In this document: one piece after another, positions 1-10,461 of the stretch
Numbering within the stretch: the stretch's first letter is position 1
Layout: every line of letters begins with the position of its first letter
DNA from: Spirochaetaceae bacterium
GTDB lineage: Bacteria > Spirochaetota > Spirochaetia > WRBN01
Direction: 5' to 3'
Length of the DNA stretch: 44,902 bases
NCBI GenBank assembly: GCA_020024055.1
Contig: JAHHUI010000001.1
Span: 1 to 44,902 of the forward strand
Position numbers and translations under genes: made by a program
The notes under the pieces: generated by a model
Told to the model about the DNA's origin: nothing
Seen by the model: only the letters and a program-made list of their open reading frames with translations
Databases searched by the model: none

Positions 1-686
1 GACCAGCTGCGCCCCCGATCGGCGGGATGATAGCCGCGCCAGGCCTCGTCTTGGGTATTCACCCCCGGGCCCGTTAAATCGGACAATCTGTATCTGCCTT
101 TCTCGTCCTCGTGCCGATAAAATTTGTTTAAATATTTTTCATCATATTCTTGATATTGTCGATTAAAATACATCTGCGCAGGATCTTTGGCATAAAATAG
201 AATACTGTCGGTAATGCGCCCAAAACGACAGGGGTCATTATGCGAAGAAGTCCTTTGCCAGATAATCTCATTTTGAAAATTCTTCTCGCCGAAGAGAATA
301 TCCAGTAATATTTTCAAATAATGGCTCATAGACGAATCACAATGCAGATACAGACTTCCGCTGCTTTTCAGCAGGGCATGTATATAATACAGCCGATGCG
401 CCATCATCGTCAGATAAGCCATATGCCCCGCCGGAAAAAATGACTGATTGGCCGCAAGATAATTGTATAAAACGGGATGAATCTTTTGTATCCGCGCTAA
501 TTCCCGCGTATAATCTTCACGGGCCCATTGATCGGAAAAAGCCTTTTTGCCTTGATACTGATAATCCGCCCCTGAATTAAAGGGCGGATCAATATAGATC
601 AGATCAATAAAAGGCCGGCGATGGGGCTTATCATGCAGCGGACGTAAAACAGACAAACAATCAGCATGAAAAATCTGATTAAACAT
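1..686 (-). CDS. Site-specific DNA methyltransferase (N4/N6 amino-MTase, PF01555-like), N-terminal part only; the 3' end lies beyond the left window edge
   Basis: My own minus-strand translation from the ATG at 684-686 gives MFNQIFHADCLSVLRPL..HRRPFIDLIYIDPPFNS..YLTMMAHRLYYIH..LYLHCD..IIWQRTSSHND..GRYRL..GPGVN..AWRGYHPADRGRSW. It is colinear with and clearly paralogous to ORF 698..2383. It is absent from the ORF track because it runs off the edge. Confidence 0.8.
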   Translation of the reverse strand, partial: MFNQIFHADCLSVLRPLHDKPHRRPFIDLIYIDPPFNSGADYQYQGKKAFSDQWAREDYTRELARIQKIHPVLYNYLAANQSFFPAGHMAYLTMMAHRLYYIHALLKSSGSLYLHCDSSMSHYLKILLDILFGEKNFQNEIIWQRTSSHNDPCRFGRITDSILFYAKDPAQMYFNRQYQEYDEKYLNKFYRHEDEKGRYRLSDLTGPGVNTQDEAWRGYHPADRGRSW

Positions 687-697
687 TTTCAGATATC

Positions 698-2356
698 TTA
701 TCCATAAGTCACGCCAATAAGAAATCCCAGCCATTGGGGATATTCTTTTTTAATAATTTTCTCTATTGTCAGGATATACAGTCTTGGTATGTCATATAAC
801 ACTCCCGGTATTTTAAAGACACCCTGCTGATCGCAATGCTTCAACATACCGCTGGTCACTTGATTTTCAAAACAAACAAAAATCCCTAAATCCGCTTTTT
901 GCGTATTCATTGTCGTCGTAAAACGTTCCAACATCGCGATGGTGGCACCGCTGCTGCTCCGCCCTCCTTTCACTTCAATAATACAAAATCTTTTAACCCC
1001 CATAAAATCAAGAGCAATATGCCCGTCAAATCCGCCATCGCCTGTCTTTTTTGTTTGATGGCCTTTTAACACATATTCGACAATCCATTGTTCAAAAAGA
1101 AACGGCTTCTCTTTAGCGAATTTTTCTGCCTGCGCCACATCCTGGGGAAAGCCGATTACTCTATATTTTGCTTCTAAAGGCTTCAATCTTTTCTGTTCAA
1201 CCAGGCCAATGGCCAAATGATTAATATCTACACCCAGCCATTTTCGTTTTAATCTTTCCGCGACAGCAACTGCCGTGCCGCATCCGCAGAAAAAGTCCGC
1301 CATAATTCCATCCGGGGGGCAAGAACTTTCAACAATACGCTCCAGCAGGGCTTCCGGCTTTTGCGTGGGATAACCCAGTTTTTCCTTGGCATGCGGACTG
1401 ATAGGGGGAATATCCGTCCAGATATTCTGCAGAGGCACCCCCTCCATGGTATCTAAATAACGCTTAAATCGCGGCACCCCTTTGCCGGAAATTTCAATAA
1501 GGCCATGTTCATAAAGCAAATCTAATTTTTCAACAGTTGTCAGACTTTGTCTTTTCTCTTCCCCGATAATTTTCCTTAGAGCTTCTTTGGAAACAGACCA
1601 GCTGCGCCCCCGATCGGCGGGATGATAGCCGCGCCAGGCCTCGTCTTGGGCATTCACCCCGGGGCCCGTTAAATTATCTAATGTATATCTGCCTTTCTCG
1701 TCCTCGTGCCGATAAAATTTATCCAGATATTCCTGGCTATAAGGCGTATACAGCGTCTTAAAGTACATATTTTTCTTATTTTTGCTGTAAAAAAAGAGCG
1801 TATCACTTATTCTTCCAAAACGATCGGGGTCATTATGCGAAGAAGTTCTTTGCCAGATAATCTGATTTTGATAATTATCCAGCCCAAAAATAATATCCAG
1901 AATAATTTTTAAATAATGACTCATCGTATCATCACAATGCAGATAAAAACTTCCCGAATCTTTCAACAGCTTGTGCATATAATAAATACGATGCGCCATC
2001 ATCGTCAGATAAGACATTTGGCTGTCTGTAAAAATGGCTCTATTGCAGGTTAAAAAATTGTATAAGGCTAAATTAGAAAATCCGCGCATTTCTTCCAATT
2101 CCTGCGCGATTTCCACATTTGACCAGGTATCTGAAAATGCCTCTTTCAGCGCCGTGGTTTTAGCGCTGTCTTCTTTATTCTTTAATAAATCATCAAAAAG
2201 CAGATTATAATTTTTCTTAGAATTAAAGGGCGGATCAATATAGATCAGATCAATAAAAGGCCGGCGATGCTCTTTTCCCAAAAGCTTCAATATATTTAAG
2301 TTATCACCATAATAAAGCGTACTTTGAAAATTGGAATTGCTATCTTCGGTCATCAT
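698..2356 (-). CDS. DNA methyltransferase (beta-class N6-A/N4-C) fused to a C-terminal Mrr-type PD-(D/E)xK restriction-endonuclease-like domain
   Basis: Motif IV (IDPPFNS) lies N-terminal to YPTQKPEALLERI and to motif I (FFCGCGTAVAVA), which is the beta-class order. The C-terminal ~150 aa contain TGDGGFDGHI...IIEVKGG...GIFVCF, resembling the Mrr catalytic core. The track start at 2383 overlaps the metG stop by 17 nt. The ATG-ATG at 2351-2356, 10 nt after the metG stop, is the more likely start. Confidence 0.85.
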   Translation of the reverse strand: MMTEDSNSNFQSTLYYGDNLNILKLLGKEHRRPFIDLIYIDPPFNSKKNYNLLFDDLLKNKEDSAKTTALKEAFSDTWSNVEIAQELEEMRGFSNLALYNFLTCNRAIFTDSQMSYLTMMAHRIYYMHKLLKDSGSFYLHCDDTMSHYLKIILDIIFGLDNYQNQIIWQRTSSHNDPDRFGRISDTLFFYSKNKKNMYFKTLYTPYSQEYLDKFYRHEDEKGRYTLDNLTGPGVNAQDEAWRGYHPADRGRSWSVSKEALRKIIGEEKRQSLTTVEKLDLLYEHGLIEISGKGVPRFKRYLDTMEGVPLQNIWTDIPPISPHAKEKLGYPTQKPEALLERIVESSCPPDGIMADFFCGCGTAVAVAERLKRKWLGVDINHLAIGLVEQKRLKPLEAKYRVIGFPQDVAQAEKFAKEKPFLFEQWIVEYVLKGHQTKKTGDGGFDGHIALDFMGVKRFCIIEVKGGRSSSGATIAMLERFTTTMNTQKADLGIFVCFENQVTSGMLKHCDQQGVFKIPGVLYDIPRLYILTIEKIIKKEYPQWLGFLIGVTYG

Positions 2357-2366
2357 TTTCTCATTA

Positions 2367-5968
<3,602 letters not shown>

Positions 5969-5987
5969 TCCTTTAATAAATATAGTC

Positions 5988-6019
5988 AGAGCCGCTCATT
6001 CAGAGCGGCTCTTTTTTTG
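5988..6019 (+). terminator. Rho-independent terminator after eno
   Basis: A 10-bp stem (AGAGCCGCTC / GAGCGGCTCT), loop ATTCA, followed by T7. Confidence 0.85.
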
Positions 6020-6047
6020 TTTGTGAAAAACCTTGACATTACCCCCC
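5999..6047 (+). repeat. 49-nt block identical to 6556..6604 (3' half of the terminator plus the promoter -35 region)
   Basis: ttcagagcggctctttttttgtttgtgaaaaaccttgacattacccccc is present at both positions, by direct reading. Confidence 0.9.
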
Positions 6048-6061
6048 TCCCCGGGTATTCT
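6033..6061 (+). promoter_or_regulatory. Poly-C-spacer promoter copy P1 (TTGACA-17 nt-TATTCT)
   Basis: TTGACA at 6033-6038, spacer ttaCCCCCCtCCCCggg, TATTCT at 6056-6061. The GGAGG RBS and ATG of the lipoprotein gene follow ~30 nt downstream. Confidence 0.7.
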
Positions 6062-6090
6062 GTTTCCCAATGTAAAAACGGAGGATATAT

Positions 6091-6525
6091 ATGAGAAATT
6101 TTAAATCTTTATGCGCCGCTCTTATTTTCACTCTGCTGGCGGCCGCATGTTCAGCACCGGGAGCAAGCAACCCTCAGGCGAATCCCATCAAAATTACCGC
6201 GTTGAATGACACCATATGGTCTTATCATTATAAGGATAAGCAACAGAGAAGTTCATATTTTGTCATCACCTTTAAAGTCCAGGGCAATTCATACTTTGTC
6301 GGCTCAGCGTCAGCAGACACTTTGGAACTTGCGGTATCTCAGGCTTCAACAAACACAACCAAAGCAACCTATGACCCCAAAAAACCGGGTGAGATTCTTT
6401 TGAAGCGTCCTAGCGGAGATGAAATTTTTCGCCCATTAAATCAGAACGAAGCCGAATTAATCAGCCAAAAGCCCGGCACTCCGCAGGAATACAAAACTAT
6501 TAAAATGACTCTTTATAAGAAATAA
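6091..6525 (+). CDS. Small lipoprotein, family A (paralog of 7824..8234)
   Basis: Signal peptide with lipobox LLAAC|S, a GGAGG RBS, and about half-identical to the 7824 gene (ITALN-T-WSY, YFVI-FK, GEILL-RP-GDEIFRP, EAELI). Confidence 0.85.
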   Translation: MRNFKSLCAALIFTLLAAACSAPGASNPQANPIKITALNDTIWSYHYKDKQQRSSYFVITFKVQGNSYFVGSASADTLELAVSQASTNTTKATYDPKKPGEILLKRPSGDEIFRPLNQNEAELISQKPGTPQEYKTIKMTLYKK

Positions 6526-6546
6526 TCCTTCATTGTGATTATACTC

Positions 6547-6575
6547 AGCCGCTCGTTCAGAGCGGCTCTTTTTTT
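6547..6575 (+). terminator. Rho-independent terminator after lipoprotein gene 6091..6525
   Basis: Stem AGCCGCTC / GAGCGGCT, loop GTTCA, then T7. It is part of the repeated cassette. Confidence 0.8.
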
Positions 6576-6604
6576 GTTTGTGAAAAACCTTGACATTACC
6601 CCCC
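6556..6604 (+). repeat. 49-nt block identical to 5999..6047
   Basis: Direct comparison by eye; see the partner feature. Confidence 0.9.
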
Positions 6605-6617
6605 CCCCTGGTAGAAT
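6590..6617 (+). promoter_or_regulatory. Poly-C-spacer promoter copy P2 (TTGACA-16 nt-TAGAAT) with an uninterrupted C10 tract
   Basis: TTGACA at 6590-6595, spacer tta + C10 (6599-6608) + tgg, TAGAAT at 6612-6617. Confidence 0.7.
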
Positions 6618-6663
6618 CCTTTTGGAGTAAGACTTATTGTGTATACAATTTAAGGAGGAAAAT

Positions 6664-7206
6664 ATGGGAATTATATCAACACGCAAGAAAACTCTCATTG
6701 CTATTACTTTTGCCTTATTACTCTCGGGCAAAGCATTTGCCGGTTTTGGTGTGGGCATTAAAGCGGGCGGAGATTTAGGCAATTATAATTATTGGCGTGT
6801 AGGCGCCACCATGGGCATTGGCGAGATGCAAGGAAAACCCTTTATCATTGATGTTCTTTTTCACGGGCAAAATGGTGCACTTTTGATCAAGCCAACTTTC
6901 GACTGGCATGCATTAACACTGAACATGTCTATCATACAGCTATATATGGGTCTGGGTATTGGCACAGAATTTCTTGTCAAGGCAGCCTCATGGAGGATTG
7001 ATGATCCATTTGGCTTCGTTTTGTCGGCGCGCATTCCTCTTGGGCTCAAGATCTTCTTAAAGCCAGTAGAGCTGTTTGCAGAAGTGACACCGCAGCTTGG
7101 CTGGGAACATGTCAGCATAACTGATCTATATTACGGACAGCGTATCAGTTCTAACGGCTTCTACTGGAGCATCGGGCTGCATGCAGGTGCAAGAGTCTGG
7201 TTTTAA
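6664..7206 (+). CDS. Small outer-membrane beta-barrel protein (OmpW/OmpA-beta-barrel-like; family not resolved)
   Basis: AAGGAGG RBS before the ATG at 6664, signal peptide ending AFA|GF, alternating hydrophobic beta-strand pattern, and a C-terminal aromatic residue (..GARVWF). Confidence 0.65.
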   Translation: MGIISTRKKTLIAITFALLLSGKAFAGFGVGIKAGGDLGNYNYWRVGATMGIGEMQGKPFIIDVLFHGQNGALLIKPTFDWHALTLNMSIIQLYMGLGIGTEFLVKAASWRIDDPFGFVLSARIPLGLKIFLKPVELFAEVTPQLGWEHVSITDLYYGQRISSNGFYWSIGLHAGARVWF

Positions 7207-7219
7207 CAATTCATCAGTC

Positions 7220-7244
7220 AGCCGCTTTAAAAAAGCGGCTTTTT
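7220..7244 (+). terminator. Rho-independent terminator after 6664..7206
   Basis: Stem AGCCGCT(TT) / (AA)AGCGGCT followed by TTTT. Confidence 0.65.
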
Positions 7245-7245
7245 A

Positions 7246-7689
7246 TCACAAGCATTTCTCCACTAATAAATCTTCATCCTGCACATTTTTGCGAACAAAA
7301 GTATAACAATTTGTTTTCTCGTTCAGGGAAAAAGCAACATAAACAAAATCCTGATTCACCAGATGATCATTCCTGCAGCTATGTCTTTTCCTGACATAAT
7401 TATCTTCCAGAAAATTATTCAAAATTCCAATGAAAATATTTTTAAAGCTTAACAGATCACCACCGGTTGTTGCATCAATAATGATCTCAGCGATATTATT
7501 CTCATCCCTAAAATTGAAATCTGCCAGACCAAAGTCTGAGTATACACAAGTGATGCCATAAATTATACCTAAAAGTACACCGCGTGTTTTTTCTGCATCT
7601 AGATAGGAAAAATTTTTACCCACATCAATATTTAAAACGAGCTTAGACAATATAGTAACCTCTCCTTGCAAATAAAGATTTGTTCTCAT
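7246..7689 (-). CDS. Hypothetical cytoplasmic protein (147 aa) with no recognisable motif
   Basis: An uninterrupted ORF with no signal peptide, AT-rich. It is the only minus-strand gene inside the lipoprotein island. Confidence 0.5.
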   Translation of the reverse strand: MRTNLYLQGEVTILSKLVLNIDVGKNFSYLDAEKTRGVLLGIIYGITCVYSDFGLADFNFRDENNIAEIIIDATTGGDLLSFKNIFIGILNNFLEDNYVRKRHSCRNDHLVNQDFVYVAFSLNEKTNCYTFVRKNVQDEDLLVEKCL

Positions 7690-7767
7690 CTAATTTACAG
7701 CCATGAATGGAATCTACGTAAAAAAATTAATTTGGCAGCAGAATTCTTTTGGGGTTTCTGAAAAGCC

Positions 7768-7796
7768 TTGACATCATCCCCTCCCCCGGGTAGAAT
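7768..7796 (+). promoter_or_regulatory. Poly-C-spacer promoter copy P3 (TTGACA-17 nt-TAGAAT)
   Basis: TTGACA at 7768-7773, spacer tcatCCCCtCCCCCggg, TAGAAT at 7791-7796. Confidence 0.7.
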
Positions 7797-7823
7797 ACTC
7801 CAAATCTAATTTTTGGAGGTATT

Positions 7824-8234
7824 ATGAAAAAGAATTTGTCAATTTTACTGGGCCTTCTCTTTGTTTTTCTTCTCGCAGCCTGTTCCGTGCCGGATGCCCA
7901 TGGACGCACACCCATCAAAATTACTGCATTGAATGAAACTGTATGGTCTTATCTTCAACAGGATGGCACATATTTTGTCATTGCATTTAAAGGCTCAGGC
8001 ACTTCATATCATGTTGGCTCATCTTCATCCAATAACTTGTCTGCTGCAGCAACTCAAGCTTTAACAAGTGCAAATAACAAAACAACCTATGACTCCAAAA
8101 ATCCAGGTGAGATTCTTTTGCATCGTCCTGGCGGAGATGAGATTTTTCGCCCTGTTGATCAGCGTGAAGCTGAATTAATCAACAAATCCCCCAGCAGTCC
8201 CAAGCCAGTTATTAAAATGACACGCTATAAATAA
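7824..8234 (+). CDS. Small lipoprotein, family A
   Basis: Lipobox LLAAC|S, a GGAGG RBS, and paralogy to 6091..6525. Confidence 0.85.
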   Translation: MKKNLSILLGLLFVFLLAACSVPDAHGRTPIKITALNETVWSYLQQDGTYFVIAFKGSGTSYHVGSSSSNNLSAAATQALTSANNKTTYDSKNPGEILLHRPGGDEIFRPVDQREAELINKSPSSPKPVIKMTRYK

Positions 8235-8255
8235 ATTTTCGTTAAAATTCTGTTG

Positions 8256-8296
8256 CAGCCACTTTCCTTTCCAGAGGCGAAATGTGGCTGTTTTTT
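8256..8296 (+). terminator. Rho-independent terminator after 7824..8234
   Basis: Stem CAGCCAC...GTGGCTG followed by T6. Confidence 0.65.
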
Positions 8297-8310
8297 GTTT
8301 TTCAAAGTTA

Positions 8311-8334
8311 TTGACATCACCCCCCTGCCAGAAT
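8311..8334 (+). promoter_or_regulatory. Poly-C-spacer promoter copy P4, apparently crippled (spacer ~12 nt)
   Basis: TTGACA at 8311-8316, tcaCCCCCCtgc, CAGAAT. Aligned to P3, it lacks ~5 nt (cccggg/ta region) just before the -10. Confidence 0.5.
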
Positions 8335-8361
8335 ACTCCAAATACAATTTTGGGAGGTATT

Positions 8362-8763
8362 ATGAAAAAGAATTTATCAATTTCATTGGGACTTTTTCTC
8401 GTTTTTTTCTCACAGCCTGTTCTGTACCAGACGGCCACGGGCGCACACCCATAAAATTAGCGCATTGAACGAAACTGTATGGTCTTATCTTGAACAGAAT
8501 GGTACATATTTTGTCATTGCATTTAAAGACTCAGGCACTTCATACTTTGCCGGCTCATTTTCATCCAATAACTTGTCTGCTGCAGCAATTCAAGCTTTAG
8601 CAAGTGTAAATAACAAAACAACTTATAACCCAAAAAACCTGGAGAAATCTCTTTTTCAATACAAGGGACACAAAGACTCTTCCGTCCAATCAGCGAAACT
8701 GAAGCCGAATTTTCCACTTCAGGCCCAAATAGCAAAACAATTATTATGAAACGTATCAAGTAG
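8362..8763 (+). pseudogene. Frameshifted copy of the family A lipoprotein gene
   Basis: Colinear with 7824..8234 at the nucleotide level and very similar in the central part. At least 3 frame changes are needed: MKKNLSISLGLFLVFF / LTACSVPDGHGRTPIK / ALNETVWSYLEQNGTYFVIAFK.. / PKKPGEISF..RLFRPISETEAEF..IIMKRIK. The breaks sit at or near T7, A4 and A6 runs. Confidence 0.8.
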
Positions 8764-8784
8764 TTATTTGCGTTCTATCATCAG

Positions 8785-8824
8785 AGCCGCTTCTTTTCAG
8801 CAGAAAGATGCGGCTGTTTTTTTT
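8785..8824 (+). terminator. Rho-independent terminator after the family A pseudogene
   Basis: Imperfect extended hairpin AGCCGC-ttcttt...aaag-at-GCGGCT followed by T8. Confidence 0.6.
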
Positions 8825-9024
8825 CTTTTTTGAAAAACTCCCGGCATGAAAAATGCTCAGTCATCAGAAAAATTTAAACTCAGAAGTCTTTCTTAAATAT
8901 TGAATCTTTATTTTTTTGTAAAAAAGAAATTATACAAGCCAAACATAATTTTTTCTTTTAAATATTTTCTCCTTGCGTGAAAATACCTATTTTTATCTCC
9001 AACAAGAAAAAAGGAGGTCAGGAA

Positions 9025-9522
9025 ATGTTTTATCCCAGGACTTTTTCTCATATTGGCCTAAGTGTGCCCAATATTTATGAGGCGATGGAATTCTATTCTT
9101 CTGTGATGGGCTGGTATATTACAATGCCGGTGACGACAACCAAAGAGGAACATCGCACACCGATGTCTTGCATGTATCAGGAACTCTTTGGCCTTGGCTA
9201 TAAAGAATTTAAAATTGCTCATCTTTCTACAGGAGACCGTATAGGCATTGAATTGTTTGAATTTCCAGACAATGATGGACGTCGCAAGCCCTTTATGCCA
9301 CATAAAACAGGTGTTTTCCACTATTGCGTTCAAGACCCCGATGTGGAAGGCCTGGTACAGCGAATATTGAAAGCCGGAGGCAAACAGCGCTCAGCCATCA
9401 CATATTATTATCCTGAAAAGTCTCCCTATCGTATGGTCTACATGGAAGATCCATTTGGCAATGTGGTGGAGATTTATTCACATCCTTATGACATTCATTA
9501 TACATCAAAAATCTATCATTAA
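9025..9522 (+). CDS. VOC family protein (glyoxalase / bleomycin-resistance / dioxygenase fold)
   Basis: FSHIGLSVPNIYEAMEFY..GW, IGIELFEF, and a second module FHYCVQDPDVEGLVQRILKAGG...DPFGNVVEIY. The start is set at the ATG at 9025, preceded by AAGGAGG. Confidence 0.7.
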   Translation: MFYPRTFSHIGLSVPNIYEAMEFYSSVMGWYITMPVTTTKEEHRTPMSCMYQELFGLGYKEFKIAHLSTGDRIGIELFEFPDNDGRRKPFMPHKTGVFHYCVQDPDVEGLVQRILKAGGKQRSAITYYYPEKSPYRMVYMEDPFGNVVEIYSHPYDIHYTSKIYH

Positions 9523-9533
9523 TGGAGCTAAAA

Positions 9534-10010
9534 ATGCTTAATTATCTGAGGATTTTTTGGCTTTGACAGGCCTCTGGTGGTTTTTGTCTCTTGTTCTTCG
9601 CCCACATCGACAGGCGCCAAAGGAGGCGATGGAAATACTGGCGGAGTGACCCCCGCCGGACCCTGATGAAAACCCTGAGGAACCGGACATCCCTGATCAT
9701 CCCTTTATTAATGTGGATTCCCTGAACAATACTACATGGATAGGAATAAATGCTGCCGCAGGCGGAACCTGGGTGGCAGTGAAATTCGTGAAAACAGGCG
9801 ACAAAACCCTGGATGCTTATTTTGGGGAAGGCAATGACCAAGGCCTGGCCAATCAAAGATTTGACCAAGCCGGCCAACACCAAATCAGACCCCAATAATA
9901 ATTCGCTTTCTTTTGACAAATACAAATTTGACTTCAAAAGTGAATCACGATCAATTCTTACATCAGGAAAAAAGACCATTTCTGATAATTTGGACAAAAC
10001 CAATCAATAA
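9534..10010 (+). pseudogene. Frameshifted lipoprotein gene (family B, LN-T-W..V-F motif)
   Basis: Reading three frames gives MLNYLRIF / ..LVVFVSC|SSPTSTGAKGGDGNTGGVTP / PDPDENPEEPDIPDHPFINVDSLNNTTWIGINAAAGGTWVAVKFVKTGDKTLDAYFGEGNDQG / ..KDLTKPANTKSDPNNNSLSFDKYKFDF..KTNQ*. The breaks are near a T6 run and a C5 run. Confidence 0.6.
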
Positions 10011-10020
10011 GCCATTTTAT

Positions 10021-10045
10021 ACCTGCCTTAAAGGCGGGTTTTTTA
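10021..10045 (+). terminator. Rho-independent terminator after 9534..10010
   Basis: Stem ACCTGCC / GGCGGGT (one G-U pair), a short loop, then T6. Confidence 0.65.
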
Positions 10046-10064
10046 AATTTTTTTGTCAAAAAAC

Positions 10065-10092
10065 TTGACAAAATCCCCCCTCCCCCTAATAT
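10065..10092 (+). promoter_or_regulatory. Poly-C-spacer promoter copy P5 (TTGACA-16 nt-TAATAT) with no ORF behind it
   Basis: TTGACA at 10065-10070, spacer aaatCCCCCCtCCCCC, TAATAT at 10087-10092. No RBS + ATG follows within the distance seen at P1-P4. Confidence 0.55.
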
Positions 10093-10098
10093 AAAATC

Positions 10099-10377
10099 AG
10101 TCCAATAACCTGAATTAGGTTATTTTGTTGTGTGATATTTTACCCATTCCAGTTAAGTTTTTAATTATGTATTTTTTTTTGCCCCAAGCAAGAGTTCCTA
10201 CGCCAAACCATACATATTAAAATACATAAAAATATCAGACAACCCATATTTTAGGGATTGTATATTCTCATATGAGTTTTGCTGTTTGATAAATAGCTGA
10301 CTCCTCTGATTCCTGATTACATGAGATATACAATTCCCGGCTTTCTGCACCCGGGCTTTCATGCCCGGGTGTTTTTT
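10099..10377 (+). ncRNA. Candidate ~280-nt non-coding transcript, or a fully decayed gene relic, between promoter P5 and a strong terminator
   Basis: Bounded by P5 and a terminator. The longest plus-strand ATG ORFs I found are 17 and 29 codons, without an RBS. It has a 5' hairpin AATAACCT-gaatt-AGGTTATT (10104-10124) and an internal T9 run (10172-10180). Confidence 0.25.
10348..10377 (+). terminator. Rho-independent terminator
   Basis: Perfect 9-bp GC-rich stem CACCCGGGC / GCCCGGGTG, loop TTTCAT, then T6. Confidence 0.85.
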
Positions 10378-10396
10378 CTTATCTACCACTTATTTC

Positions 10397-10425
10397 TTGA
10401 CATTCTATAGCAAACTATGTAGATT
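10397..10425 (+). promoter_or_regulatory. Candidate sigma70 promoter (TTGACA-17 nt-TAGATT), without a poly-C spacer
   Basis: TTGACA at 10397-10402 and TAGATT at 10420-10425. A GGAGG RBS and the ATG at 10462 lie downstream. Confidence 0.6.
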
Positions 10426-10461
10426 CCATCACAATTTATTGATAGACGGAGGATAATACCA

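Noticed and set aside
9542-10003. 153-aa minus-strand ORF
   Set aside because: It lies exactly antisense to the frameshifted lipoprotein gene, whose plus-strand fragments carry a lipobox and family motifs and are flanked by a plus-strand terminator. The minus ORF has no RBS or motif.
5986-10092. Repeated ~50-60-nt elements as a CRISPR array or a REP/MITE family
   Set aside because: The repeats are separated by 0.5-1.8 kb of genes rather than ~30-nt spacers. Each resolves into a terminator hairpin plus -35/-10 hexamers positioned correctly before an RBS and ATG.
10198-10389. 63-aa minus-strand ORF in the orphan promoter-terminator unit
   Set aside because: It runs through the plus-strand terminator hairpin. 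It has no RBS or promoter and a Lys/Asn-rich, AT-driven composition.
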